Shown: piece after piece, positions 9,908 through 19,220 of the stretch
Layout of the letters: the number at the start of each line of letters is the position of its first letter
How positions within the stretch are numbered: the stretch's first letter is position 1
From: Eubacteriales bacterium
GTDB taxonomy: Bacteria > Bacillota > Clostridia > Oscillospirales > CAG-272
Direction of reading: 5' to 3'
Assembly: GCA_041655935.1 (NCBI GenBank)
Contig: JBBAEK010000003.1
Location: 45,030-109,029, forward strand
Length of the DNA stretch: 64,000 bases
Position numbers and translations under genes: made by a program
Notes under the pieces: generated by a model
Told to the model about the DNA's origin: nothing
What the model saw: only the letters and a program-made list of their open reading frames with translations
Databases searched by the model: none

Positions 9908-10807
9908 TTACAAAAGGCGAATTTCAAATTCCAGCAGCACGCCGAAGGTTGCCATCACTTTTTCTTTGACCAGATCCACCAGTGCCCGCACGTCCGCGGC
10001 CGTGGCGCCGCCGCGGTTGATGATGAAACCGGCGTGTTTTTCGGATACCTGCGCCCCCCCGACCGACATGCCCCGCAGGCCCGCCGCGTCAATCAGTCGG
10101 CTGGCATAGTCGCCCACCGGTCGCTTGAACACGCTGCCCGCGCTCGAACATTCGAGGGGCTGTTTCTGCTCCCGCCGCGCCAGTACCTCCGCCATCCTTG
10201 CCTGGATGGCCGCCCGCTCCCCGTGCTGCAAGGCAAAGGCGGCCTGCAAGACGACATACCCTTTCTCCATGAACACGCTGTGGCGGTAGGCAAAGTGGCA
10301 ATCCTCCCGCAACAGGCGGCGGACGGTGCCGGTGTCCGGGTCATAGATATCGGCATAGAGCAAAATATCCTTGATTTCCGTCTGGAAGGCTCCTGCGTTC
10401 ATATAAACGCCGCCCCCCACCGTTCCGGGGATGCCGTACAGCGGCTCCATGCCGGACAGGCAGCCCCGCGCGGCTTCCTCCGCCGTCTGCATGAGGGGTG
10501 CGCCGCAATCCGCCACCAGCAGGTTGCCGAAGCGGCGGACAGCGCGCAAGTGTCGGGTGACAATCACCGCGCCGTCATACCCCTGGTCGGAAGCTAAGAT
10601 ATTGGTGCCGCCGCCCAAAATGCAGAAGGGTACCTGAAAGTCCTGCACGGCATGCAGCAGCAAGAGCAGTTGCAAAATATCGGCAGGGTACACCACGGCG
10701 GCAGCCGCGCCGCCGATATGAAAGCTGGTCAGGCGCGCAAGAGGTACCCCGCACTCAAACGAAAGGGTTTGCTCTGCCTGTAAAAATGTCAAAAAATCGC
10801 TTTCCAT
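9908..10807 (-). CDS. murB: UDP-N-acetylenolpyruvoylglucosamine reductase
   Basis: FAD-binding GGGTNIL, GIPGTVGGGVYMNAGAF, SAGSVFKRP and C-terminal MurB motifs. Confidence 0.92.
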   Translation of the reverse strand: MESDFLTFLQAEQTLSFECGVPLARLTSFHIGGAAAAVVYPADILQLLLLLHAVQDFQVPFCILGGGTNILASDQGYDGAVIVTRHLRAVRRFGNLLVADCGAPLMQTAEEAARGCLSGMEPLYGIPGTVGGGVYMNAGAFQTEIKDILLYADIYDPDTGTVRRLLREDCHFAYRHSVFMEKGYVVLQAAFALQHGERAAIQARMAEVLARREQKQPLECSSAGSVFKRPVGDYASRLIDAAGLRGMSVGGAQVSEKHAGFIINRGGATAADVRALVDLVKEKVMATFGVLLEFEIRLL

Positions 10808-10909
10808 GCTTGATACCGCCGAATACTGGTTTGCCGCCGATGGCGAGCCTGATACAGTATATGACGGTGGGCGCGGATTTATGACAGAAGAGCGGCGCGG
10901 CGGGCGATG

Positions 10910-12598
10910 TTACACCCGGCGATCCGCCAACATTTCAAGGGCGGCTGCCCGTTGGGCGTCGGTCACATGGATGCCGCCGATGATGCGGGAGAGCTCGTCC
11001 ACACGCCCCTGCTCGGTCAGTTCGGTCAGGGTGGTGTGGGTGCGCTGTCCCTGCTCCTGCTTGCTGATGAGCAGGTGTGTGTCCGCCAAAGAGGCGACCT
11101 GCGCGGAATGCGTGACGCAGAGCAGCTGCACGGAGCGCGATAAATCCAACAGCTTGAGGCCGACCTTGCGGGTGGTCTTGCCGGAGATGCCCGTGTCAAT
11201 CTCATCAAAAATGAGGGTGGGAGTGTCGTCTGCCGCCGCGGTGACATGTTTGAGCGCCAGCAGGATTCTGGACAGCTCGCCGCCCGAGGCGATTTTGGAG
11301 AGCGGACGCAACTCCTCCCCCTTATTGGCACTGATCAGGCACTCCACCGCATCGCACCCATGCTCGGAAAACTTGGATTGCCCGTTTTCTGACAGAGGGG
11401 TGACGGTGATGAGCAGGCGGACATTTTCCATATCCAAATACCGCAGGGTGTCCACCACCGCCGCAGAAAGGGCGCGGGCGGCCCGCTGCCGGCTCTCGTG
11501 CAGCCGCTCGGCGGCGGCCGACAGCTCTGTCTCCAGTGCCTGTTTGCGAGCGGTCAGCTCACCGATACGCTCGTCCGCATGGCGCAACTGCTCCAGCTGT
11601 TCGGCGGCGCGGGTGCGGAAGGCAAGAATGTCGGCGACCGTTTCGCCATACTTGCGCTTCAGCTTCTCGATGGCGGCCAGGCGCGCCTGTATCCGGTCAA
11701 TGGCCTCAGTGGGATCTTCCTCAATATCTTCCGTATATTTCGAGACGCGCTCGGCAATATCCTCGATGCGATACAGGCAGTCGCGCAGGGTCTCCACCAT
11801 ATCCGGCGCCTCCTCCACCACATCGGTCAGGGATACCAGCGCGGCGATGCTGCGGTCAATGGTGTAGGCGGCACTTGCTTTTTCCGCCCCCTTCAAAGCC
11901 CGCCAGACAAAGTCGGTCTGCCGCGCCAGGCGTTCGCTGTTCCGAAGCCGCTTTTCCTTGGCGGCCAGCGCCACATCCTCCCCGGCGCGCAGGGAGAGCG
12001 CGTCAATGTCCTTGATCTGGTAGGACAGCATGTCGGTCATACGGATGCGGTCGCTCTCGCTCTCGGTAGTCTGGCGAAGTTCTGCCGATACTTTTGTGTA
12101 GGATTTGTACAGTTGCTGGTACGCTTGCAACAACTCCTGATTCTTGGCGTATCCGTCCAGCAGGCGGCGGTAGGCGACGGGGTCGCGCAACTGCAACTGG
12201 TCTGTCTGCCCCACAATGCCGATCAGATACTTGGCCGCTTCCTTGAGGGTGGCGGCCGTGGCGGGGACACCGCTCACCTTGATGCGGGACTTGCCGTCCT
12301 CCGACAGGCGGCGGCTGACCAGCAGGCACCCGTCCTCGTCGGGGGTGATGTCCAGCTCTGCCAGATGCGCCAGAACAGGCGGCGAAAAGCCGCCGAACAG
12401 GCCGCTGACAAACGCCTCCTGCTCGCCGTGACGGATGAGGCTTTTGTCTGCCTTCTCCCCCAGCAAAAGTCCGATGCTGTCAATCAAAATGGACTTGCCT
12501 GCCCCTGTCTCACCGGTCAGGACGGTGAAACCTTTCGAAAAATCAATGTCCAGCCGGGCGATCAGCGCGACATTTTCAATATGCAAAGACAACAGCAT
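10910..12598 (-). CDS. recN: DNA repair protein RecN
   Basis: MLLSLHIENVALI...GETGAGKS Walker A, long coiled coil, C-terminal ASGGELSRILLALK signature. The listed ORF is 81 codons too long; true ATG is at 12598 with a GGGAGG RBS. Confidence 0.92.
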   Translation of the reverse strand: MLLSLHIENVALIARLDIDFSKGFTVLTGETGAGKSILIDSIGLLLGEKADKSLIRHGEQEAFVSGLFGGFSPPVLAHLAELDITPDEDGCLLVSRRLSEDGKSRIKVSGVPATAATLKEAAKYLIGIVGQTDQLQLRDPVAYRRLLDGYAKNQELLQAYQQLYKSYTKVSAELRQTTESESDRIRMTDMLSYQIKDIDALSLRAGEDVALAAKEKRLRNSERLARQTDFVWRALKGAEKASAAYTIDRSIAALVSLTDVVEEAPDMVETLRDCLYRIEDIAERVSKYTEDIEEDPTEAIDRIQARLAAIEKLKRKYGETVADILAFRTRAAEQLEQLRHADERIGELTARKQALETELSAAAERLHESRQRAARALSAAVVDTLRYLDMENVRLLITVTPLSENGQSKFSEHGCDAVECLISANKGEELRPLSKIASGGELSRILLALKHVTAAADDTPTLIFDEIDTGISGKTTRKVGLKLLDLSRSVQLLCVTHSAQVASLADTHLLISKQEQGQRTHTTLTELTEQGRVDELSRIIGGIHVTDAQRAAALEMLADRRV

Positions 12599-12677
12599 GT
12601 CTACACCTCCCTTCCCTGTTCCTTGGTGATAGCGGCCTGTCGCCGGTTCTGCCTTGGCGAGACCGCTCTCTTTCGGC

Positions 12678-13130
12678 TTACAGCGTCCGGATGAGGGTGC
12701 GCAGCTTGTCGCACAGCTCAGCCGCCGCCTCGGGGGTGTTGACAACCACCAAAATAGCGTCGTCCCCTGCCACGCAACCGATGATCTCCTCCACCGGCAG
12801 CGAGTCGATGCAGGTCGCCACTGCCTGCGCCATGCCGGCATAGGTTTTGACCACCAGCAAATTGGAGGCGTGGTCCACCTTGGTGATGGACTCGGTCAGG
12901 GCACTGTTGAATTTGGGCAGGACGAAATCCGACTTGCCCGCGACCACGTACTTATAGCCGCCGCTGGCGGTCATACCCTTCAGCAACTTCAGCTCCCTGA
13001 TGTCCCTGGAAATGGTGGCTTGGGTCACGAAGAAATCGGCTTCCTTGAGCTTTTCAAGCAACTCCTCTTGGGTTTCAATGTTGTGCTTTTCAATGATCTC
13101 AAGGATTTTTTCTTGTCTGGCTGATTTCAT
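12678..13130 (-). CDS. argR: Arginine repressor ArgR/AhrC
   Basis: MKSARQEKILEII...QEELLEKL...VTQATISRDIRELKL winged helix and C-terminal oligomerisation domain (GCVAGDDAILVV). ATG 13130 with GAGGAG RBS. Confidence 0.9.
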   Translation of the reverse strand: MKSARQEKILEIIEKHNIETQEELLEKLKEADFFVTQATISRDIRELKLLKGMTASGGYKYVVAGKSDFVLPKFNSALTESITKVDHASNLLVVKTYAGMAQAVATCIDSLPVEEIIGCVAGDDAILVVVNTPEAAAELCDKLRTLIRTL

Positions 13131-13155
13131 GGGGTGTTTCTCCTCATTCAAAATA

Positions 13156-14019
13156 TTACTCTGGTTTGATGATATCTGCAGCGTCCATTTTTCGGCGCAG
13201 GGTGTTGAGCATACAGTCCGGGGTGAACGCCAGCATTTTCAGGCGTTTGGGGTGCAGGGTGAGCCGGGCGGTCTCGTCCGGCAACAGGGGGCCAAAAGGT
13301 CTGCCGTCCACCCAGATAAACATGCTCTGTGCGCGGGTGGAGGTGTTCTTCACGCAGATGACGGCGGCAGGGTTAAACAAAATCGAGCGGTTAAAAAAGG
13401 AATGCGGGCAAATGGGGGTGACGCAGATGGTCTCCACCGACGCGTCCACAAGCGGGCCGCCCGCCGAAAGTGAGTAGGCGCTGGAGCCTGCCGAGGTGGC
13501 GACAATCACGCCGTCGGCACGGTAGCTCACGGCGTTGCCGCAGTTGTCGGAGAGCCGGAACTCGGCGATGCCGAAATTGTCCTCCCGACAAATGACCACG
13601 TCGTTGACCGCCGGCCGGTCGCAGGTGCGCAAGCCCCCCGCGCCGTCGATGGCCAGCGAGAGCATGGTGCGCTCGCGAATCTCATACTCCCCGCTCGCCA
13701 GTCTGCCGAGCACCGAAAGGTTGCCGGTTTCCACGGTTGCCAGGTACCCCAGCCGCCCGAGATTGATGCCGCAAATCGGGACATCGAGGGCCATGGCGGT
13801 GGGCGCCATGTCCAGCACCGTGCCATCCCCGCCAATCACCAGAATCAGGTCGGTGTCGGGGGGCGGGGACTGACAAGGTACGCTGGATGCAGGCGGGGGG
13901 AGCTCCCCCTCGACGACATACACGGTCATGCCGAGGGAGGACAGCCGTGCCGCCACTTCGCCGGCGATGCGATACCCCTCGTCTTTCAGTGGGTTGGAGT
14001 CTAACAGAACGGACTTCAT
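13156..14019 (-). CDS. nadK: NAD(+) kinase
   Basis: GGDGT motif (LILVIGGDGTVL), NLGRLGYL, ADGVIVATSAGSSAYSLSAGGP. ATG 14019 with GAGGAG RBS; 4-nt overlap with the tlyA stop. Confidence 0.9.
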   Translation of the reverse strand: MKSVLLDSNPLKDEGYRIAGEVAARLSSLGMTVYVVEGELPPPASSVPCQSPPPDTDLILVIGGDGTVLDMAPTAMALDVPICGINLGRLGYLATVETGNLSVLGRLASGEYEIRERTMLSLAIDGAGGLRTCDRPAVNDVVICREDNFGIAEFRLSDNCGNAVSYRADGVIVATSAGSSAYSLSAGGPLVDASVETICVTPICPHSFFNRSILFNPAAVICVKNTSTRAQSMFIWVDGRPFGPLLPDETARLTLHPKRLKMLAFTPDCMLNTLRRKMDAADIIKPE

Positions 14020-14774
14020 GGTTGCTCCTCTCTTTGAGGTTGCTTTTGGTTGTGACAATACATGAGATATTCTCGGTTGCCGTCCCCGCCGGTAAGGGGG
14101 GAATCAATGACGCGGATATCTGAAAAGCCGCACAGGGCGGCGGCAGCTTTCACTTTTTCCACGGCAGAGCGCCGGGCTGCCTCGTCCCTGACAATCCCCT
14201 TTTTGGAGAGATGCGCCCTGCCGAGTTCAAACTGCGGTTTGATGAGGGTGACGATCGCAGCGGAGGGCGCGGCCACGGCGGCAATGCGCGGCAGCAGATA
14301 GGTCTGAGAGATGAAGGAGACATCCATCACCACCAGCGAGGGGGCGGACGGGAAGTCGTCGGGCTGCATGTAGCGGGCGTTATAGTTTTCATAGACCCTC
14401 ACCCGACTGTCCCCGCGAAGCGCCTCCGCCAACTGACCGCTACCCGCGTCCACGGCGTACACCATGGCGGCCCCGTGTTGGAGCAGGCAATCGGTAAAGC
14501 CGCCGCTGGAAGCGCCGATATCCAGACAGGTCTTCCCCGCCGCGGATACGGAAAAGACTTCCAGCGCGTGCGCCAGCTTGAACCCGCCCCGGCTGACATA
14601 GCGACCGCCGGTACGGTCTACCGTGACGGTGGGCGGCACGGCGGGGTCCACCTCATGGGCGGGTTTGTCTACCACCTGCCCGTTGAGCGAGACGAAAGAG
14701 GAGAGAATCAGTTCCTTGGCCTCGCTGCGGCTTTTCGCCCACCCTGTCTGGTGCAAAAACCGGTCCAGCCGCAT
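14016..14774 (-). CDS. tlyA: TlyA-family rRNA 2'-O-methyltransferase (S4 domain + FtsJ-like)
   Basis: MRLDRFL...S4 domain, VSRGGFKL, SAM motif LDIGASSGGFTDCLL. Confidence 0.88.
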   Translation of the reverse strand: MRLDRFLHQTGWAKSRSEAKELILSSFVSLNGQVVDKPAHEVDPAVPPTVTVDRTGGRYVSRGGFKLAHALEVFSVSAAGKTCLDIGASSGGFTDCLLQHGAAMVYAVDAGSGQLAEALRGDSRVRVYENYNARYMQPDDFPSAPSLVVMDVSFISQTYLLPRIAAVAAPSAAIVTLIKPQFELGRAHLSKKGIVRDEAARRSAVEKVKAAAALCGFSDIRVIDSPLTGGDGNREYLMYCHNQKQPQREEQP

Positions 14775-14775
14775 C

Positions 14776-15243
14776 TCAGGCTACCAGCAACGGGTACACC
14801 ACGCCGACCGCAACCCCCACGAGCGCCCCCATCACGACCTGCGAGGGCGTGTGGCCGACCAGTTCCTTGAAGGCTTTGGTTCGGAATTCATGGTTGGGGC
14901 TGAACATGTCGGCAAGGATCATATTGAGGGCTTTTGCCTGTTCGCCGGTCTCCCGGCGGACGCCCGCGGCATCATACATCACAATCATCGCCAGCACGGC
15001 GGCAATGGCAAACTGGGGAGAGTCAAAACCGCCCTGAATCATGGCAATGGAGGCGGCCAGCGCGCATACGGTGGCGGCGTGAGAGCTGGGCATCCCGCCC
15101 GATGCCACAAAGTTGGCAAGGCTGAAGGCCTTCCAGGTGCGGTCCTTGATGCAGACAATGATCATTTTGATCAGCTCGGCAAAAAACCAAGCTATGGCGG
15201 CGGAAATCAGGGGGGCATTTTGGATCAGTTGAATCAGTTTCAT
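14776..15243 (-). CDS. Divergent PAP2 (DUF212/YuiD-like) membrane protein
   Basis: GGMPSSHAATV motif, 4 TM segments, 155 aa. Confidence 0.78.
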   Translation of the reverse strand: MKLIQLIQNAPLISAAIAWFFAELIKMIIVCIKDRTWKAFSLANFVASGGMPSSHAATVCALAASIAMIQGGFDSPQFAIAAVLAMIVMYDAAGVRRETGEQAKALNMILADMFSPNHEFRTKAFKELVGHTPSQVVMGALVGVAVGVVYPLLVA

Positions 15244-15252
15244 GCTTCCTCG

Positions 15253-16134
15253 CTACTTGTTGCGGTGTAATAGCCGGTGCGCCAAATCGTAGAGCACTCC
15301 GTGGTTAGGGTAAGGCAACAGGCAGGCCTGTGCCTGCTCGGTGAGCTGCCTGGCATACGCAAAGGCATCCTCGGGCCGGTCGTAATAGGCGACAATGGTG
15401 CGCTTCCCTGCCTTTTTGTCCTGAGCGGTGTCCTTGCCCATCAGGGCGGCCTCGCCGTACACGTCCAGCAGGTCGTCCACGATCTGGAAGGCAAGCCCGA
15501 TGTGTCGCGCGTAAGTCACCATGTGTTCGGTGGCGGCGGCATCGGTCACACCGGCGGCCAGCAGTCCCAGCCGGACGGCGGCGCACATCATGGCACCCGT
15601 CTTTTTCTCATGCATTTTGAGCAGGCCGGGCAGCGTTATTTGGCCTGTCATATCCATCACCTGCCCGCCAATCATGGCACGGGCGTCGGCGGCGTCGGTG
15701 AGCACGGCGATGGCCGCCAGTGCCCGTTCCGGCGGGAGCGGGGCATGAGACAGCAAGGCAAATGCCGCCGTCAAGAGCCCGTCACCCGCCAGCAATGCCA
15801 CCGCCTCGCCATAGACCTTGTGGTTGGTGGGCTTGCCCCGCCGGAAATCGTCGTTGTCCATCAAGGGCAGGTCGTCATGGATGAGGGAGTAGGTATGCAC
15901 CATCTCCAGCGCGGTGCCAAAGAGGAGCGCCTGCTCCTCGTCCCCTCCAAACATCTCGCACACAGACAGGCACAGAAAAGGGCGGATGCGCTTGCCGCCC
16001 GCCAGCGCACTGTAACGCATGGCGTCGAAAATCAGTCGGGTGTCGGGGTCGTCGGAGGTAAGGTATCGGTCCAGACACTGTGTGACTGCCTCGGCGACCT
16101 GCTCTAATTTTTGCGCAATACGGTCTTTTTCCAT
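15253..16134 (-). CDS. ispA: Polyprenyl (farnesyl/geranylgeranyl) diphosphate synthase
   Basis: First DDxxD (LIHDDLPLMDNDDFRRG) and second DDxxD (FQIVDDLLD) motifs. Confidence 0.87.
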   Translation of the reverse strand: MEKDRIAQKLEQVAEAVTQCLDRYLTSDDPDTRLIFDAMRYSALAGGKRIRPFLCLSVCEMFGGDEEQALLFGTALEMVHTYSLIHDDLPLMDNDDFRRGKPTNHKVYGEAVALLAGDGLLTAAFALLSHAPLPPERALAAIAVLTDAADARAMIGGQVMDMTGQITLPGLLKMHEKKTGAMMCAAVRLGLLAAGVTDAAATEHMVTYARHIGLAFQIVDDLLDVYGEAALMGKDTAQDKKAGKRTIVAYYDRPEDAFAYARQLTEQAQACLLPYPNHGVLYDLAHRLLHRNK

Positions 16135-16135
16135 C

Positions 16136-16360
16136 TTACTGAAAGGGGACCTCCGTCATCCCGTCCTGCCCCTGTACCAGCTTGGCGACCCTGGCCTCCG
16201 CCCGGGAGAGTTGTTCATTGCAAAAACTGACCAGCGAAATGCCCTCCTCAAAAAGCTTGAGGGAATCCTCCAGGGCGGTTTTGCCATCGCCAAGGAGCTT
16301 CACCACCTCGCCGAGGCGTTTCATGGCGGCTTCAAATGATAGGCTTTGTTGTTCTGACAT
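16136..16360 (-). CDS. xseB: Exodeoxyribonuclease VII small subunit
   Basis: MSEQQSLSFEAAMKRLGEVVKLL...LEDSLKLFEEG pattern. Start trimmed to ATG 16360, abutting the xseA stop at 16362. Confidence 0.85.
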   Translation of the reverse strand: MSEQQSLSFEAAMKRLGEVVKLLGDGKTALEDSLKLFEEGISLVSFCNEQLSRAEARVAKLVQGQDGMTEVPFQ

Positions 16361-16361
16361 A

Positions 16362-17594
16362 TTACTCTCCTCTGTGGGGTTTGGTGACGCGGGCAGGCAG
16401 TGAGCCGTCGGCAAAAGTGAGGGTCAGCTGCTCCTGCGCGCGGGCCTGTGCGGCGCTGACCACCGAATGCCCCGCCTCGTCCCGCACCAGCGCATACCCG
16501 CGGGCTAACACCGACAGGGGGCTGAGACCGTCCAGACGGGCGGCGAGGGTGGCGAGGGCGCTCTTGTGCTCTGCCAGTGTGCGCTCCCCCGCGCGGCACA
16601 GGGCCTCTGTGAGATAGGCCAGCGCTTGCTTTTGGTCACGGAACAGGCGATGCGTGCTGGTCAGGGCTGACTGGGCGGCTGCCTGCTCCAGCTGCTCCCG
16701 ATAGGCGGCAAGGCGGGCGGTCACTTGGTGCGTCAGGCTGCTTTTGACCGTCGAAAGGTAACGGAACAGCTCCATACGGTCGGGTGTGGCCGCCTCGGCG
16801 GCGGCGGAAGGGGTGGGGGCGCGGAAGTCGGCGACAAAGTCGCACAGGGTATAGTCGGTCTCATGCCCGACGGCGGAAATGACCGGGATGGCGGAGGCCG
16901 CAATGGCGCGCACCAGTCCCTCGTGGTTAAACGCCCACAGGTCCTCCATGGAGCCGCCGCCCCGTCCGATGATGAGGAGGTCGACCGCACGGGTTTGGTT
17001 AAAGTACCGGATCCCTGCCATGAGCTGAGGGGGGGCATCCTCTCCCTGCACCAACGCAGGGTAGAGCACAATCCGCGCCAAGAGGTAACGGCGGGTCAGC
17101 ACGCGGACAATGTCCGCAATGGCGGCGCCGGAGTCGGAAGTGACCACGCCGATTGCGGTGGGATAGCGGGGCAACGGCTTTTTGCGGGACTCGTCAAAGA
17201 GCCCCTCCGCCGCCAGCTTGGCGCGCAGTTGCTCATACGCCACAAAGAGCGCCCCCACGCCGTCCGGCTCCAGCGCCCTGACATACAGTTGATACTGACC
17301 GTCCCGCACATAAACGCCGATGGTGCCGCGCGCAACCAGTTTCATGCCGTTTTCAGGCACGAAAAGCAGACGCGCGGCATCTGAGCGGAACATCACGCAA
17401 CGGAGCAGCGCGCCCTCGTCCTTGAGGGAAAAATACAGGTGCCCCGAGCGATGACGGGTGAAGCCCGACAGCTCGCCCCGCACGGCCGCCTGGCCAAGCA
17501 GTTGGTTGGACTCCAGCAGGGTTTTGATATACTCGCTGAGCTGGGAGACCGACAGGATCTCCGCAGGACGGGGTTGAGCGGACAAAGAATTCAT
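16362..17594 (-). CDS. xseA: Exodeoxyribonuclease VII large subunit
   Basis: N-terminal OB fold (SVSQLSEYIKTLLE...VRGELSGF), catalytic core (IGRGGGSMEDLWAFN), C-terminal coiled coil. Confidence 0.9.
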   Translation of the reverse strand: MNSLSAQPRPAEILSVSQLSEYIKTLLESNQLLGQAAVRGELSGFTRHRSGHLYFSLKDEGALLRCVMFRSDAARLLFVPENGMKLVARGTIGVYVRDGQYQLYVRALEPDGVGALFVAYEQLRAKLAAEGLFDESRKKPLPRYPTAIGVVTSDSGAAIADIVRVLTRRYLLARIVLYPALVQGEDAPPQLMAGIRYFNQTRAVDLLIIGRGGGSMEDLWAFNHEGLVRAIAASAIPVISAVGHETDYTLCDFVADFRAPTPSAAAEAATPDRMELFRYLSTVKSSLTHQVTARLAAYREQLEQAAAQSALTSTHRLFRDQKQALAYLTEALCRAGERTLAEHKSALATLAARLDGLSPLSVLARGYALVRDEAGHSVVSAAQARAQEQLTLTFADGSLPARVTKPHRGE

Positions 17595-18550
17595 AGGTGC
17601 CCCTCCGCTTCTGTTTGATACCTCTGCGCCGCCAATAGCGCGATGCCCACCGCGTTGTCGGAGGACAGGTCGGGTTCGGCAAAAAAGGCGTCATAGCGGC
17701 GGCTGAGTTCCCCCCGAATGAGGCGGTTGCCCATCACGCCGCCGGCGAACAGCAGGGGCATGACGCCATAGGCAGCCGTGAACGCCTCGCTCATGACCAG
17801 CAGCGCCCGCTCCACCACGGCAAGGACAAAGGCGGCGACGAGCGGGACATGGCCGGTTTGGTCATACAGTTGTTTGGCTTTGTTCTCCAGTCCGGAAAGG
17901 TTGACATAGCAGCCCCGGTGACTGATGCTCACCGCAGGCACCGGGTCACGGTTTTGCGCCGCCGCCCGCTCCAGCGCCGCCCCGCAGGGGAAAGGCAGCC
18001 CCATATACACGCCCGCGCGATCGAGCAGCTGCCCGGCGCTGATGTCCAGCGTGCCACCGACGAGCTCGCCGGCAAAGTGGCCGTCCGCATAGGAGGCGCG
18101 CAACAGCTCGGTGGTACCGCCTGAAATATGAAAAGCCCCAAAGGGCCTGTGAAGCAATGTCTCTGCTCGGGCGGAATGAATGGCAGCCATCAGGTGGCCG
18201 CATTGGTGAGAAAAATGAAAGAGCGGCAGTCGGGCGGTGGCGGCGGCTGCCGCGGCGGCGGAAACACCCGCTAAAAAACAGGGCATATAGGAACCCGCCC
18301 GGTCTCTGGGTTTATCGGAGACACCCACGGCGAGGAGAGTAGCATCGGTCAAGTACTCGCCGAGGTCAGCAAAAAGCAGGGGGAGGGACTTGGTGTGGGC
18401 GAACAGCGCGTCGGACTGGCGCAGGCCGCAACTGCCGTCGGGCACGGGTAAGGGGCGCTTGCAGCCCGCAAGTACTTCCCCTTGCGGGCTGACCAGTGCG
18501 ACCGAGGTGGTATAGTTGCTGGTGTCGATGCCCAAAATGCAGTGCTTCAT
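17591..18550 (-). CDS. TsaD/Kae1-like ASKHA-fold protein (glycoprotease/peptidase M22 family paralogue)
   Basis: ILGIDTSNYTTSVAL start, HQCGH (HxxGH-like metal motif), GGTTEL, GGVMGN near the C-terminus. 4-nt overlaps with both neighbours. Confidence 0.6.
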   Translation of the reverse strand: MKHCILGIDTSNYTTSVALVSPQGEVLAGCKRPLPVPDGSCGLRQSDALFAHTKSLPLLFADLGEYLTDATLLAVGVSDKPRDRAGSYMPCFLAGVSAAAAAAATARLPLFHFSHQCGHLMAAIHSARAETLLHRPFGAFHISGGTTELLRASYADGHFAGELVGGTLDISAGQLLDRAGVYMGLPFPCGAALERAAAQNRDPVPAVSISHRGCYVNLSGLENKAKQLYDQTGHVPLVAAFVLAVVERALLVMSEAFTAAYGVMPLLFAGGVMGNRLIRGELSRRYDAFFAEPDLSSDNAVGIALLAAQRYQTEAEGHL

Positions 18551-18957
18551 GGGAGCTCTGCCGCGCGCGGATCGTCCTTGGCGGCATTCAAGAGGCCGTT
18601 GACAAAGCCGTAGGCTTTCTCGTCGTCGTACTTCTTGGATAGCTCCACCGCCTCGTTGAGTGAGACCCGCAACGGAATCTCGGGCAAGTAAAACATTTCA
18701 AAAAGAGCGATCTTGATGAGCGCACGGGAAACGGGTGAGATACGGGTGCGCTTCCAGCCGACCGCATAGGTATCAATGGCGGTGTGCAACTCGTCGAGGT
18801 GCTCCCCCACGCCCGCCAGCAGCACCCGCGTGTAGGGGGCGCCCTGCTCATCCTGCGGCAGGGAGGACTCGTATATTTGCAGGGGGGTGAATTCTTGGTT
18901 GAATTCCCAGGCAAACATCGCAAGAAAGGCGGCTTCTCTGGATTCTCTTCTATTCAT
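18547..18957 (-). CDS. nusB: Transcription antitermination factor NusB
   Basis: MNRRESREAAFLAMF..., IDRAILRI-like segment (VSRALIKIALFEM), 136 aa. Confidence 0.9.
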   Translation of the reverse strand: MNRRESREAAFLAMFAWEFNQEFTPLQIYESSLPQDEQGAPYTRVLLAGVGEHLDELHTAIDTYAVGWKRTRISPVSRALIKIALFEMFYLPEIPLRVSLNEAVELSKKYDDEKAYGFVNGLLNAAKDDPRAAELP

Positions 18958-19220
18958 GTTTGGTTGTTTCCTTTGGCTGTGAGGGGGTGTCTGTCTCGTG
19001 GGGGCATAGGATGAGCTTGCCTGTGATAGGCAAAATCAACGCCGTCCGAACCGCGCCCCGCCGCTTTTCCTTGGCGGTTGGGAGGGGTTCGGTGGACAGT
19101 AATTATTATACATTTTTAATTCATGTTTGTCAACTTGTTACATTAAATAATTTCATTGACAGGATGAAAAGCCAAGGGGGCGCACAAAATAGAAATAAGC
19201 ATTTTTGACGAGGTTAGAAC

